From Salinivirgaceae bacterium (GTDB lineage: Bacteria > Bacteroidota > Bacteroidia > Bacteroidales > SZUA-534): DNA of 64,000 nucleotides. The notes beneath the pieces were generated by a model. That model had not been told where the DNA came from, made no database searches, and saw only the letters and a list, made by a program, of their open reading frames with translations. Positions 17,447-28,091 of the stretch are shown in pieces. Numbering within the stretch: position 1 is the stretch's first letter; each line of letters begins with the position of its first letter. The translations under genes and the position numbers were made by a program. Where the stretch lies: the NCBI GenBank assembly GCA_024405635.1, contig JAKSOL010000006.1:1-64000 (forward strand), in the 5' to 3' direction.

Positions 17447-19813
17447 ATGAAAAAAACTCTACTAATGTTGTTAATGGCTGCATCAACAAGCGTATTTGCG
17501 CAACGAGCCATTATCACAACAAGCTACACAGCCGACCCTGCACCATACGTGCATGGCGACACAGTTTATTTGTACACCACGCACGATGCCGACGATGCTG
17601 AAGGCTTTAAAATGTTCGATTGGTTGCTATACACATCAACCGACATGGTAAACTGGACCGACCATGGTGCAGTAGCATCGCTTGCCGATTTTAAATGGTA
17701 CAAAAACGACAACGGAGCATGGGCCGAGCAGGTTATTGAACGCAACGGCAAATGGTACATGTATTGCCCAATTCACGGCAACGGAATCAGTGTGTTGGTT
17801 GCCGATTCTCCTTATGGTCCGTTTGTCGATCCACTAGGTAAACCATTGGTTTGGCAACGTGAACATTGGTACGACATTGACCCAACAGTGTGGATTGACG
17901 ACGATGGCCAAGCTTACATGTATTGGGGCAATCCAAACCTATACTACATAAAGTTGAACGAGGATATGATTTCAACCTCGGGCGATATTGTTATGTTGCC
18001 AAAAATTGAAGATTATCAAGAAGGTCCATGGTTTTACAAACGTGGCGACAATTATTACATGGCATTTGCATCAACATGCTGCCCCGAAGGAATTGGCTAC
18101 GCAATGAGCAAATCGGCAACAGGACCATGGGAATACAAAGGCGACATTATGCCTCACACAGAGCGTAGTCGCGGCAATCATCCTGGAATAATTGACTACA
18201 AAGGTCGCTCGTATGTTTTTGGCTTAAACTATTTGCTTTGGGCCGACAATCTACGCAAACAAGGCAAGCCATATCGCCATGCCGAGCGTCGTTCGGTGTC
18301 GGTGTCGGAAATGCGTTACAATGCCGATGGTACAATTCAGAAAGTTGATTTTTGGCCAGCAAACGGAGTTCGTCAAATTGAAGCACTTAACCCATTTAAA
18401 AGGGTAGAGGCCGAAACAATGTCGTGGAGCGATGGTGTTAAAACACGCAAAGCCGGAAAACTTGGCAACATGATACTAACCAACATTGATAAAGGCGACG
18501 ATGTTTGCATTAGCGGTGTTGATTTTGGTAAAAATGGAGCATCAGTATTTGAAGCTAACGTGCTTAATGTTAAGCAAAAATCAAGCATTACATTGCACAT
18601 TGACCACCCAGCTGGCGAGGTGATTGGTGTTGCTGAATTTACTGCCGATGGTGTAGCAAAAGCAACATTAAAAGGCGCTGCTGGCCGTCACGATTTGTGG
18701 TTTGTGTTTGATGGCGATTTTGAATTTGACTATTGGTTAATGAAAGAAGCAGAAACCGATCAGGCATCAACAGGAAAATACAAACCAGCGGTTACAAACA
18801 TTCGTGGCAGCGAGTATCCAAAAGTAGCAGCTGATGGTACCGCTTTGTTCCGCCTTGCAGCACCGCAAGCCAACGATGTTAAGGTTGACATAGGTGGTGT
18901 GCAATATCCAATGGTGCGCGACAACAAAGGTGTGTGGATGACTGCTGTTGCACCACAATTGCGCGGCATAAACTACTATTACTTAATTGTTGACGGTGTT
19001 AGCATTGTTGACCCAGGAAGCGAAACATTTTACGGTTGTAGCCGCGAGTCGTCGTGCATCGAAATACCCTACGAGCAAGGTGGCGAACGTTTTGAACCAA
19101 AAGATGTGCCTCATGGCGAGGTTACAATGCGTCGCTACTTCTCAAAAACTCACAACGAGTGGCGCCGAATGTTCATTTATTTGCCTGCTGGCTATCAAAA
19201 ATCAAAGCAAAAATACCCAGTGCTTTACTTGCAACATGGTGGTGGCGAAGACGAGCGCGGTTGGAGCAACCAAGGTCGCACCGACATTATTCTTGACAAC
19301 CTTATTGCCGAAGGAAAGGCCAAGCCAATGATTATTGCAATGCTTGACGGCAACTGTGCCGATTTTACAGCCGAAATTGTAAATGAGTGCATTCCAGTTG
19401 TTGAGTCAAACTATCGCGTACTTGCCAACCCCGATAATCGTGCTATTGCAGGTCTTTCAATGGGCGGCATTATGACTTTGAATTTAATGATTGACAAACC
19501 CGAATTGTTCCGCTACTACGGTGTGTTTAGTTCGGGTTGGTGGGCTCAAACTAATGCCTTTTCACGTGGCAACGACAACGAAAAGTACTACAAAAAACTA
19601 ACCGACCAAAAGGACTATTACAACAAACAAATGAAAGTTCTTTGGTTGTCGATGGGAGCAAAAGAAGATATTGCTTACAACAACTGCCAAATAATGATGA
19701 AGCGCTTTGACGAAATAGGTATTAAGTACGAGTATTGGGAAACCCCAGGCGGACATACATGGCCTGTTTGGCGCGAAAGCATTTATCGTTTTGCTCAAAT
19801 GATTTTTAAGTAA
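17447..19813 (+). CDS. Multimodular GH43 + CBM6-like + CE1-type esterase
   Basis: ADPAP, WAEQ, IDP, EGPW (GH43); VEAET..VDFG (CBM6-like); YPVLYLQHGGGEDE, GLSMGG, GGHTWPVWR (esterase). Confidence 0.88.
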   Translation: MKKTLLMLLMAASTSVFAQRAIITTSYTADPAPYVHGDTVYLYTTHDADDAEGFKMFDWLLYTSTDMVNWTDHGAVASLADFKWYKNDNGAWAEQVIERNGKWYMYCPIHGNGISVLVADSPYGPFVDPLGKPLVWQREHWYDIDPTVWIDDDGQAYMYWGNPNLYYIKLNEDMISTSGDIVMLPKIEDYQEGPWFYKRGDNYYMAFASTCCPEGIGYAMSKSATGPWEYKGDIMPHTERSRGNHPGIIDYKGRSYVFGLNYLLWADNLRKQGKPYRHAERRSVSVSEMRYNADGTIQKVDFWPANGVRQIEALNPFKRVEAETMSWSDGVKTRKAGKLGNMILTNIDKGDDVCISGVDFGKNGASVFEANVLNVKQKSSITLHIDHPAGEVIGVAEFTADGVAKATLKGAAGRHDLWFVFDGDFEFDYWLMKEAETDQASTGKYKPAVTNIRGSEYPKVAADGTALFRLAAPQANDVKVDIGGVQYPMVRDNKGVWMTAVAPQLRGINYYYLIVDGVSIVDPGSETFYGCSRESSCIEIPYEQGGERFEPKDVPHGEVTMRRYFSKTHNEWRRMFIYLPAGYQKSKQKYPVLYLQHGGGEDERGWSNQGRTDIILDNLIAEGKAKPMIIAMLDGNCADFTAEIVNECIPVVESNYRVLANPDNRAIAGLSMGGIMTLNLMIDKPELFRYYGVFSSGWWAQTNAFSRGNDNEKYYKKLTDQKDYYNKQMKVLWLSMGAKEDIAYNNCQIMMKRFDEIGIKYEYWETPGGHTWPVWRESIYRFAQMIFK

Positions 19814-19868
19814 GAAAAATAATTATAGTTGCTGTGGTGTAACTATTTGTTTTTATAGGTTTTATTCT

Positions 19869-19901
19869 AAACCACTCGGGTAGCCCTGGGTGGTTTTTTT
19901 T
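19869..19901. terminator. Terminator between convergent genes
   Basis: aaaccactcggg...cctgggtggtttttttt. Confidence 0.7.
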
Positions 19902-19940
19902 ATGTTTGGCAAGAGCAATAATAAGAGATAATAAGCGATT

Positions 19941-21761
19941 TTATTTACCATTAAAATCGCTTACAATGCTTTGAACCATGGCCTTACCTTGTGTAAGTAA
20001 ACTATCGGTTACGTTTTGTTCAACTAGAGTTTTGTTGCCAGCAATATCGTACACAACAAACGCACTGTCGCGCATAAAGGCAAAACCATTGTTGTAAACG
20101 TACATAGCCCAATTGTTGCTATTGTTTATGCTTTTGCTATAAGTAAATTGGTTGAATTGTTGATTAAGCAAATGTCCAATAAGTAGAGGAATGTCGGTTT
20201 GATTTGATAGAGCATCGATTTGAATACCAGAACTTTGCAGTGCGCCGCCAGTAAGAACTAACGGAATGTGAAACTTGCGAGGGTTGGTTGCTGGAGTATT
20301 GTGTGGCAGTCGGCTACCGTGGTCGGCAACAAGAACAACAAGAGTGCTGTCCCACCAAGTTTGAGTGCGAGCAGTGCGCATAAAGGCACCTAAACAGCTA
20401 TCGGTGTAGCAAACGGAGTTAAGAAATTTGCTGTCTTCGGTGTTTTGGTTAAACTGGCTCTGCATTGGAACGTCAAAAGGTTCGTGGCTGCTGAGGGTGA
20501 AAAAAACGTTAAACCATGGCGATTGCTCAGCATTAAGGTCGGTAAGTAGGCGATTGAATACAAAGTGGTCTTGAGCGCCCCATTTTGAGTTCATTTCGTT
20601 ACGAGCAAAGTTGCTTTTGCTTACAATGCGCGAGTATTTTCCAGTTACGCAATACGATTTAAGATTGGCAAAATCGATGTCGCCACCATAGTAAAAGGCT
20701 GAATGATAGCCTAAATCATTAAGGGCGATGCTTAAGTGTGGCAGTTTTTGAGCCTTGTCGGTATATTTCATTATTGAAGTGGTAGGTTGAGCAGGGTAGC
20801 CGCTCAAGATGCAAACAAGGCCTTTGTCGCTACGGTCGGAGTTGCCAAAAAAATTGGTAAACAAAACGCCGCTTTGTGCAATGCTATCGAGATTTGGAGT
20901 GGCATTTTCGCCATTTAAGCAGCCAACTGCTTTGGCAGTAAAACTTTCGAGAATAATCATCAAAATGTTTGGTTTACTGCAGTTTAGTTGAATTTGCTCG
21001 GGTTTTGTGGTGTTGTCATTGTACAGATTGTTAACTATGTTGCTTGCGTTGTTGTTTGGCATAAAGTTCAGCTCCACTTTTTCTTTTGCGTCAACAATCG
21101 AATTGCAAAAATTCCACTGAACATTTATGGCTGCATGATTTGCAAACGTTTCGGAACTGAAATAAACGCTGCCAGTACGTATTGGCATACCAAACCCTCC
21201 GCGAATAGGAATTACAAACAAAGCAGCAACAAACAATAGCAAAGGTGTAGCTGTCCATTTGGTTGGTTTTAAGCTATATACGTTTGGCTCAATAAACTTT
21301 TTATATCCTTTCCAGCAAAGCAAAACCCAACCAATAATCCACAATACAAATAACAACGAAAGCCACACTGGAGTTGATGCTGCAGCTTCTTTAGGAGTTT
21401 TTAAGTAGAGCAATACCGTGCTGTCCATTCTGAATCCCCAATTGCGGTAAAGTTCGCAATCGCAAATGCCAATTATTGAGGCAATTACAAGAAAGAATAG
21501 TGTATAAGTTCCTAAAAAATATCGAGTAAATTTTTCTGAAGCAAAAAACGAGGCGGCCATCACTGGCACAACTAAAATGAGCAAATAACCAGCCATTGAA
21601 AGGTCCAATGCCAATCCATGCCAAAAAGTGAGAAAAATGGTGCTGACACTTAAGTTGCTGGTGTATTGGTAGTTATATAACAAAAAAAACGCTCTTATTG
21701 CAACAAAAAAAGCAATCCAAAAGGCGTAGTACTTTGCAATTATCTTAATACGATTAAGCAT
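19941..21761 (-). CDS. LTA synthase / sulfatase-like membrane phosphoglycerol transferase
   Basis: N-terminal TMs, PNILMIILESF, TPNLD, SSHEPF, ADHG. Confidence 0.88.
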   Translation of the reverse strand: MLNRIKIIAKYYAFWIAFFVAIRAFFLLYNYQYTSNLSVSTIFLTFWHGLALDLSMAGYLLILVVPVMAASFFASEKFTRYFLGTYTLFFLVIASIIGICDCELYRNWGFRMDSTVLLYLKTPKEAAASTPVWLSLLFVLWIIGWVLLCWKGYKKFIEPNVYSLKPTKWTATPLLLFVAALFVIPIRGGFGMPIRTGSVYFSSETFANHAAINVQWNFCNSIVDAKEKVELNFMPNNNASNIVNNLYNDNTTKPEQIQLNCSKPNILMIILESFTAKAVGCLNGENATPNLDSIAQSGVLFTNFFGNSDRSDKGLVCILSGYPAQPTTSIMKYTDKAQKLPHLSIALNDLGYHSAFYYGGDIDFANLKSYCVTGKYSRIVSKSNFARNEMNSKWGAQDHFVFNRLLTDLNAEQSPWFNVFFTLSSHEPFDVPMQSQFNQNTEDSKFLNSVCYTDSCLGAFMRTARTQTWWDSTLVVLVADHGSRLPHNTPATNPRKFHIPLVLTGGALQSSGIQIDALSNQTDIPLLIGHLLNQQFNQFTYSKSINNSNNWAMYVYNNGFAFMRDSAFVVYDIAGNKTLVEQNVTDSLLTQGKAMVQSIVSDFNGK

Positions 21762-22027
21762 AATATATAGGTGTGAAATTGTTGGCAAAGGTTGTTAAAA
21801 AACGCGTAATACCGAATTTTTTATTTGCTACCGATATTTGTTGTTTCAAGTATAGGCATATTGTAAAAACATGTAAACGATAAAGCTTTTAATGGTTGTA
21901 AGTTGTTGCTAATCATGCAAATAGGTATTGGGTAAGTTGTGTACAACTTTTGTGTGTAAGTGTCGGTGGTAGCACCTTTACTTTCTAATTTCGCAACTAG
22001 AAAAATTTGACTATTAATGGAGTAATT

Positions 22028-23416
22028 ATGAATAGAAAACTCAAATTGACAGCGCTTGCATTATTGGCAATACCAGTGTCGCTTATGGCGCAAAAAACTG
22101 AAAATATGGTGCTTAATCCAGGTTTTGAAGAGCACGAAAAATGTCCTGACGACTACACTCAAATGGACGCAACGCATCGTTTAATTCCACATTGGACATA
22201 TCCATCGGCAACCACGCCCGATTATTTTAACAAGTGTGGAACAGGCGATGCGCGAGTACCCGATAATTTTGCAGGTTGGAGCCAACCACATTCTGGCGAT
22301 GGCTACGTTGGGGCCATTCTTACAGGTTCCGATCGCGATTTCCGCGAGTATATTCAAGGCGAATTGAGTTCACTTATGGTGGCCGGACAAGTTTATTGCG
22401 TGTCGTTTTGGTACAAATTAGCATCGGGGTCAAAATTTGCAGTCGATCAATTGAGCATCTATTTTGAGCCAAACCAAACCAAAAATGCCAACAAAACATT
22501 TTTGAACTATCCAGCCCAACTAAATAACCAAGAGGGTTTGTTTCTTGACAATACCGAAGAGTGGAAACGTTACTGCATGCTTTATACAGCAAAGGGTGGA
22601 GAGGCGTTTTTTATTGTTGGAAACTTTAAAAACTACGAAAACACAAACTATGTGGTTACCGGTAAAGACACCAAAAACAAACGTGGAAAAGCTTACGCAT
22701 ACTACTTTTTCGACGACTTTGAAATTCGTCCGTTAACCGATTGCGAAGAGTGCGCTTGTGTTCCACAAGGTTTGGAAACAGTTATTATCGACTCGTCGTA
22801 CACTGGCGGTTTGAACCCTGTAACTGGTAAAATACAATACATTGATAATGACGGAGTTATAAGCATTGGCATTTCGGGAGGAACACCTCCTTACAATATT
22901 GAATGGAGCAATGGCGAACACGGCAAAACTCGACTTGAACGCTTGCCCGGTGGAACTTACACCTACAAAGTAACCGACCAAAACAACTGCCATTCGCAAG
23001 GTAAAGTGGTGTTTGTTGAACCAAAATTGCCCGACGATCCGTTTGCCGATGGATTGCGCAACATTGAAGAAGGGTCGGCTTTGGTGCTAAACAACATCTT
23101 TTTTGAAACAGGAAAAAGCACACTATTGCCACAATCGAATGCTGAACTTGACAAGGTTGTTGCATTCCTTTCGCAAGGAACCGTGAGCCAAATTGAAATT
23201 AGTGGCCATACCGACAACGTTGGTTCCGACGAGTTGAACAACAAACTGAGTCAATCGCGTGCACAATCGGTTGTTAACTACCTGATAAGTAAAGGAATAC
23301 CAGCATCGATGCTTCAAGCAAAAGGTTATGGAAAAAGTCGTCCAATTGACACTAACCAAACCGAAGCAGGACGAAGCAACAACCGTCGCGTTGAATTCTT
23401 TGTGATAAAAAAATAA
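22028..23416 (+). CDS. OmpA-domain protein with SprB-like repeat
   Basis: GGTPPY..WSNG..GTYTYKVTD.N.C; GHTD..G..NNKLSQSRA..NRRVEF. Confidence 0.85.
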   Translation: MNRKLKLTALALLAIPVSLMAQKTENMVLNPGFEEHEKCPDDYTQMDATHRLIPHWTYPSATTPDYFNKCGTGDARVPDNFAGWSQPHSGDGYVGAILTGSDRDFREYIQGELSSLMVAGQVYCVSFWYKLASGSKFAVDQLSIYFEPNQTKNANKTFLNYPAQLNNQEGLFLDNTEEWKRYCMLYTAKGGEAFFIVGNFKNYENTNYVVTGKDTKNKRGKAYAYYFFDDFEIRPLTDCEECACVPQGLETVIIDSSYTGGLNPVTGKIQYIDNDGVISIGISGGTPPYNIEWSNGEHGKTRLERLPGGTYTYKVTDQNNCHSQGKVVFVEPKLPDDPFADGLRNIEEGSALVLNNIFFETGKSTLLPQSNAELDKVVAFLSQGTVSQIEISGHTDNVGSDELNNKLSQSRAQSVVNYLISKGIPASMLQAKGYGKSRPIDTNQTEAGRSNNRRVEFFVIKK

Positions 23417-23436
23417 CCTTGTAAACGATTGATACT

Positions 23437-25410
23437 ATGAGATATATACTCACAATTGCACTTGCCTTTGCCATGGCTTTTTCGGCATTGGCACAAAAAC
23501 CAGCAAAAGGTTTTGAGGATTTGGTGGCTGGTGTAAAAGCCAAAAATCAAACCGACATTGACGCCAATATGAACAAGGCTAAAGTAACTTTTGACAAGAT
23601 TTTGCTGAAAGACTCAACAAATGCTATGGCCAACATGGGTATGGCTGTTATTTATGCCTTTGACAAATACACCGACCACGATTATTTCCGCAGTTGGAAT
23701 CACTTTAAGAAAGCCGAGGCTGGGGTAGAAACCTTTACAACCGACGATTTACAAGTGCTCGATTCGTATTTTACTGCACAAAAACTTGAGCGTCGAGGCG
23801 GCAAAATTGCCAAAAACATGGAGATTGAACGTAAACTTATTGAGGAGCGTTTGGTTAAATTTGTTCGCGAGGAAAACAAAATTGAATACGCAAACCGCTT
23901 TATTTCTGAGTTTCCCGATTCAAAATACTACGGAAATGCCGTTCACATTCGCAACTACATCGAATTCCGTACAGCCGAAAATTCAGAGTCAGTTGATGCT
24001 TTTAACTCGTTTATTGAGAAATATCCAGATGCTGCACAAATTGAAATTGCAAAAGAAGAGCGCGACGCTTTAGCTTACAAACAAGCGTTGGCTGCCAATA
24101 CTTACGAAGCCTTGCTCAGCTTTGTTGAACAATATCCCAATGCAATTCAACACGAGGAGGCCAAAAAGAAAGTTGGCATAATGGCTTATGAAAAAGCAGC
24201 AGCTGCACGCTCAATTGAGGCCATTGACGATTTTATTGAAAAGTATCCAAACTCAAGCAAACAACCTGAGGCTAAACAACTTAAACGCCAACTTTTGTTT
24301 GAGTGGGCCAAGAGAGTAAATAGCCTTGAAGCTTACAACAAATTTGTATCGCAATATCCTGAAGGCGAGTTCTTTATTGATGTGTTTAACCTAAAAACCA
24401 AAGCATTGGGCGATAAAATAAAATCAGAATTACCAGCCGACAATTATCAACTTGTGTTGGGTTTTGATAACAACAATTTGCCCGACTTTGGAGGCTCGCT
24501 TGCACTTTTGAGCGATGGCGGCATTATGTTGGCAATAAACTCGAAACAAGACGAGGCCGAAATGAACGATTGTTGGTTTGTGCGTCTTGCTGCCAATGGA
24601 ACCATGGTGCGTAACGATATTATGGGCAACGACTTTGATGACCAAATTAATACACTTTTAACCGATGCGTCGAACAACATTTACGGCGTAGGATACACCA
24701 ATGCAATAAATGGCAGTGTAGTTGGTCAATCGTGGTTAGTAAAGTTTGATGCAAAAGGCAAAAACTTATTCAACACCAAACTCGATGGAACCGAGATGCT
24801 CGACATGGCTTTATACAATGATGGCAAAATGCTTCTGGTTGGATATCAGCAAGATAGCGTTCTAACTCCAATGATTGTTAAAGTTAACGCACAAGGCCGC
24901 AAACTATGGACAAGAACCTATGCTCAAGGCAACAAAATAAGTAGCGTTGCACTAAACGGCGATGTATGCAACCTTGCCGTTGGCAATTGGATTTTTGCAC
25001 TTGACGAACTTGGATATTTGAAATACGACTACATTTTTGATACAACATACAACATTACAACCGTAACAGCCAATTCGGGTTTGGCAGTGTATGCCGGAAC
25101 AAACGGCACCGATGGTGTTATAGTGGCATTCGACTCAAAAGGAAGCAAAGTGTGGGAATCGGCTGTTTCGTTGCCAACAAACGGACAATTCTCACAAGCT
25201 TGTGCAATGTCCGACGGCTCAACTGTATTTGCTGGCACATTTGGCAAGTCAATGCAAATTGTGCGAGTTGATGCTAAAGGCAACCTAATCAGTAATAAAA
25301 CATACAGCGCATCTAAGTCATTGTCAGTCAACGATGTTAAAGCATCAGGCTCGTCGCTATTTGTAAGCGCCACTTACGATGCAAAAGATGTGGTTTTAAT
25401 TAAGTTTTAA
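23437..25410 (+). CDS. Exported protein with helical repeats and probable C-terminal beta-propeller
   Basis: Signal peptide; repeated 'EA...FIEKYP.S' units; repeated 'K.DAKG...W' blades. Confidence 0.6.
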   Translation: MRYILTIALAFAMAFSALAQKPAKGFEDLVAGVKAKNQTDIDANMNKAKVTFDKILLKDSTNAMANMGMAVIYAFDKYTDHDYFRSWNHFKKAEAGVETFTTDDLQVLDSYFTAQKLERRGGKIAKNMEIERKLIEERLVKFVREENKIEYANRFISEFPDSKYYGNAVHIRNYIEFRTAENSESVDAFNSFIEKYPDAAQIEIAKEERDALAYKQALAANTYEALLSFVEQYPNAIQHEEAKKKVGIMAYEKAAAARSIEAIDDFIEKYPNSSKQPEAKQLKRQLLFEWAKRVNSLEAYNKFVSQYPEGEFFIDVFNLKTKALGDKIKSELPADNYQLVLGFDNNNLPDFGGSLALLSDGGIMLAINSKQDEAEMNDCWFVRLAANGTMVRNDIMGNDFDDQINTLLTDASNNIYGVGYTNAINGSVVGQSWLVKFDAKGKNLFNTKLDGTEMLDMALYNDGKMLLVGYQQDSVLTPMIVKVNAQGRKLWTRTYAQGNKISSVALNGDVCNLAVGNWIFALDELGYLKYDYIFDTTYNITTVTANSGLAVYAGTNGTDGVIVAFDSKGSKVWESAVSLPTNGQFSQACAMSDGSTVFAGTFGKSMQIVRVDAKGNLISNKTYSASKSLSVNDVKASGSSLFVSATYDAKDVVLIKF

Positions 25411-25419
25411 TATCAGCCA

Positions 25420-26109
25420 ATGATTCTTGGAACAATAGTAAACGTTGCTACAGTAATTGTAGGCTCGTCAATTGGTTTGCTTTTTCGTTCGCGTATTCCG
25501 CAGCGTATTGTCGATCCAATTTTTCACATTCTAGGATTGGTTACGCTGCTTATAGGAATACAATTGTCGCTAAAAAGTCAACAATTGTTATTGCTCATAT
25601 TCAGCTTGTTACTAGGAACGGTTACAGGTACCATTATGCGACTCGACGAACACTCGAACAACGCAGCCGAACGACTGAAAAAACGCCTACACATTAAAAG
25701 CGAGCGTTTTACCGACGGACTAATAACCGCATTCTTAATGTTCTGCATGGGCTCAATGACCATTTTGGGAGCATTTGAAGAAGGAACCGGAGGGCAACCA
25801 AACTTGCTAATGACCAAGGCAATGATGGACGGTTTTTCGTCAATGGCAATGGCGTCAGCATTGGGTGTTGGTGTGCTTTTTGCCGTTGTTCCGTTGTTTA
25901 TTTACCAAGCAAGCCTTACACTTTGCGCATCGTGGATTAGCGATGTAGTATCGCAGGGGCTGATTGACGAAATATCGGCTGCAGGTGGAATAATGCTTAT
26001 TGGCTTGGGATTTAATATTTTGAATATTACAAAATTTAAACTGATAGACATGCTACCATCGTTTTTGTTTGTGGTGCTGTTCTATTATTTATCTCATTTA
26101 TTTGTTTGA
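25420..26109 (+). CDS. DUF554 family membrane protein
   Basis: GTIVN..GS.IG, FCMGSMTILG, KAMMDG. Confidence 0.88.
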   Translation: MILGTIVNVATVIVGSSIGLLFRSRIPQRIVDPIFHILGLVTLLIGIQLSLKSQQLLLLIFSLLLGTVTGTIMRLDEHSNNAAERLKKRLHIKSERFTDGLITAFLMFCMGSMTILGAFEEGTGGQPNLLMTKAMMDGFSSMAMASALGVGVLFAVVPLFIYQASLTLCASWISDVVSQGLIDEISAAGGIMLIGLGFNILNITKFKLIDMLPSFLFVVLFYYLSHLFV

Positions 26110-26111
26110 TT

Positions 26112-27998
26112 ATGTGTGGAATAGTTGGAGCATTTGCATTTACCGACGATGCAAAAAGTTGTTTCGATTTGATGCCAAATGCAGTTGCCTTGTTATCGAA
26201 ACGTGGTCCCGATTGCAGTAATGTTAAAATGTTGGGCAATGTTTGTTTAGGTCATTCACGCCTTTCGGTTATCGACCTTTCGGAGCAAGCCTCTCAGCCA
26301 TTAACCGACCGAACCAATCGTTACACAATAGTTCTGAATGGCGAAATATTTAACTACCGACAATTGCGAACCGAATTGGAACAGGGCGGTGTTGAGTTTC
26401 GCACACAAAGCGACACCGAAGTATTGTTGCAACTATATATAAATAAGGGAGTTAGTTGCCTCGATAAACTGGTAGGTTTTTTCGCGTTTGCTATTTTCGA
26501 CAAGCAAAAAAACTCGCTATTTATTGCTCGCGACCGAATGGGACAAAAGCCATTATTATATTGCCACACTCGCAATTCGCTGGTTTTTGCATCAGAAATG
26601 AAAGCGCTGACCGCTCTTGGTATTCCACGCGAAATTGACAAAGCATCGCTTTCGCTTTATTTCCAATTGAACTACATACCAGCGCCATATACTATTTTTC
26701 AAGACGTAAAAAAGTTGCAACCGGGTTATTATATGACGGTTGAAAATGGTATAGTTCACGTTGAACAATACTATAAAATTCCAGCGGGACAAAACTTTTT
26801 ACACAACATTACCTACGAGCAAGCGCAAACCAAAATTCGTGAACTTATTGCCCAATCAGTAGCCGACCGTATGGTTGCTGACGTGCCTCTTGGTGCGTTT
26901 TTGAGTGGCGGCATCGACTCGTCGGTTATTGTTGCCGAAGCATCAAAACTCAAAAGTGGAATCGACACATTTTCAATTGGTTATGCCGATGAGCCAATGT
27001 TTGACGAAACTCGCTATGCCGAATTAGTTGCAAAGCGTTTTGGTACAAATCATCATGTTTATAAACTAACCAATGCCGACCTTTATTCTGAACTATACAA
27101 CCTGCTCAACTACATTGACGAACCATATGCCGATTCGTCGGCTTTGCCATCGTACATTTTAAGCAAAAATGCACGTCAGCACGTTACGGTTGCGCTTTCA
27201 GGCGACGGTGCCGATGAACTATTTGGAGGCTACAACAAACACCAAGCAGCAGCTCGTGTAATTAATGGCGATTGGCGTTTATCAGCATTAAAACTAACGG
27301 CACCAATATGGCAAGTGCTACCACAATCGCGCAACGGCAAACTGTCAAACTTTGCGCGTCAGGCTTGCAAAATGATTGAAGGCGCAAAACTTTCGGCACC
27401 AGAACGTTACTGGCGTTGGGCAACCTTAATGAGCAACGAAAAAGCCTACGATTTGCTAAACCGCAAACTGCAATTACAAGAAGTATCGCGTCGCACAAAG
27501 CAAATATTGAGCAAATTTCGTGGTGGCGACGATATTGAAGACATTTTGCTCACCGATATGAACCTTGTGCTTGAAGGTGATATGCTTCATAAAGTTGATT
27601 TGGCAAGCATGGCCAATAGCCTTGAAGTTCGCAGCCCATTTATGGATCACCGATTGGTAAATTATGTTTCTTCGCTACCAGTAAACTATTTGGTTACCAA
27701 CAACATGCGCAAACAAGTTTTGCAAGATGCTTATAAAAATGAGTTGCCAATTGAACTCTATCGTCGTAAAAAACAAGGGTTTGAGGTTCCGTTATTAAAT
27801 TGGATGCGAGGAGATTTGCGTAGCACAATTGAAAACGAATTCATCAACGAAGAGTTTTTACGAGAACAGGGGATTTTTAATGTGAGCGAAATCAAGTTGA
27901 TTTGGGAGCAATTGCTTTCAAAAAGTCCAGCAGATGCTGTTGCTCACATGTGGGCTATTATTGTGTTTCAGCATTGGTGGAAGAAATTTTCGGTTTAG
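26112..27998 (+). CDS. asnB: Asparagine synthase-like glutamine amidotransferase
   Basis: MCGI N-terminus, RGPD, LSGGIDSS, SGDGADE. Confidence 0.93.
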   Translation: MCGIVGAFAFTDDAKSCFDLMPNAVALLSKRGPDCSNVKMLGNVCLGHSRLSVIDLSEQASQPLTDRTNRYTIVLNGEIFNYRQLRTELEQGGVEFRTQSDTEVLLQLYINKGVSCLDKLVGFFAFAIFDKQKNSLFIARDRMGQKPLLYCHTRNSLVFASEMKALTALGIPREIDKASLSLYFQLNYIPAPYTIFQDVKKLQPGYYMTVENGIVHVEQYYKIPAGQNFLHNITYEQAQTKIRELIAQSVADRMVADVPLGAFLSGGIDSSVIVAEASKLKSGIDTFSIGYADEPMFDETRYAELVAKRFGTNHHVYKLTNADLYSELYNLLNYIDEPYADSSALPSYILSKNARQHVTVALSGDGADELFGGYNKHQAAARVINGDWRLSALKLTAPIWQVLPQSRNGKLSNFARQACKMIEGAKLSAPERYWRWATLMSNEKAYDLLNRKLQLQEVSRRTKQILSKFRGGDDIEDILLTDMNLVLEGDMLHKVDLASMANSLEVRSPFMDHRLVNYVSSLPVNYLVTNNMRKQVLQDAYKNELPIELYRRKKQGFEVPLLNWMRGDLRSTIENEFINEEFLREQGIFNVSEIKLIWEQLLSKSPADAVAHMWAIIVFQHWWKKFSV

Positions 27999-28091
27999 TC
28001 CACCACAACAATCAAACTATAAAATAAAGCACAATTCATAAGGTGTAAACGCCCGATTTTTAGAATTTTGTATGACTAAAAATAGGGTAAG

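Noticed and set aside
23860-24380. Repeated ~37-aa units in the 657-aa protein
   Set aside because: Protein-level helical repeats with no DNA-level array; not CRISPR.
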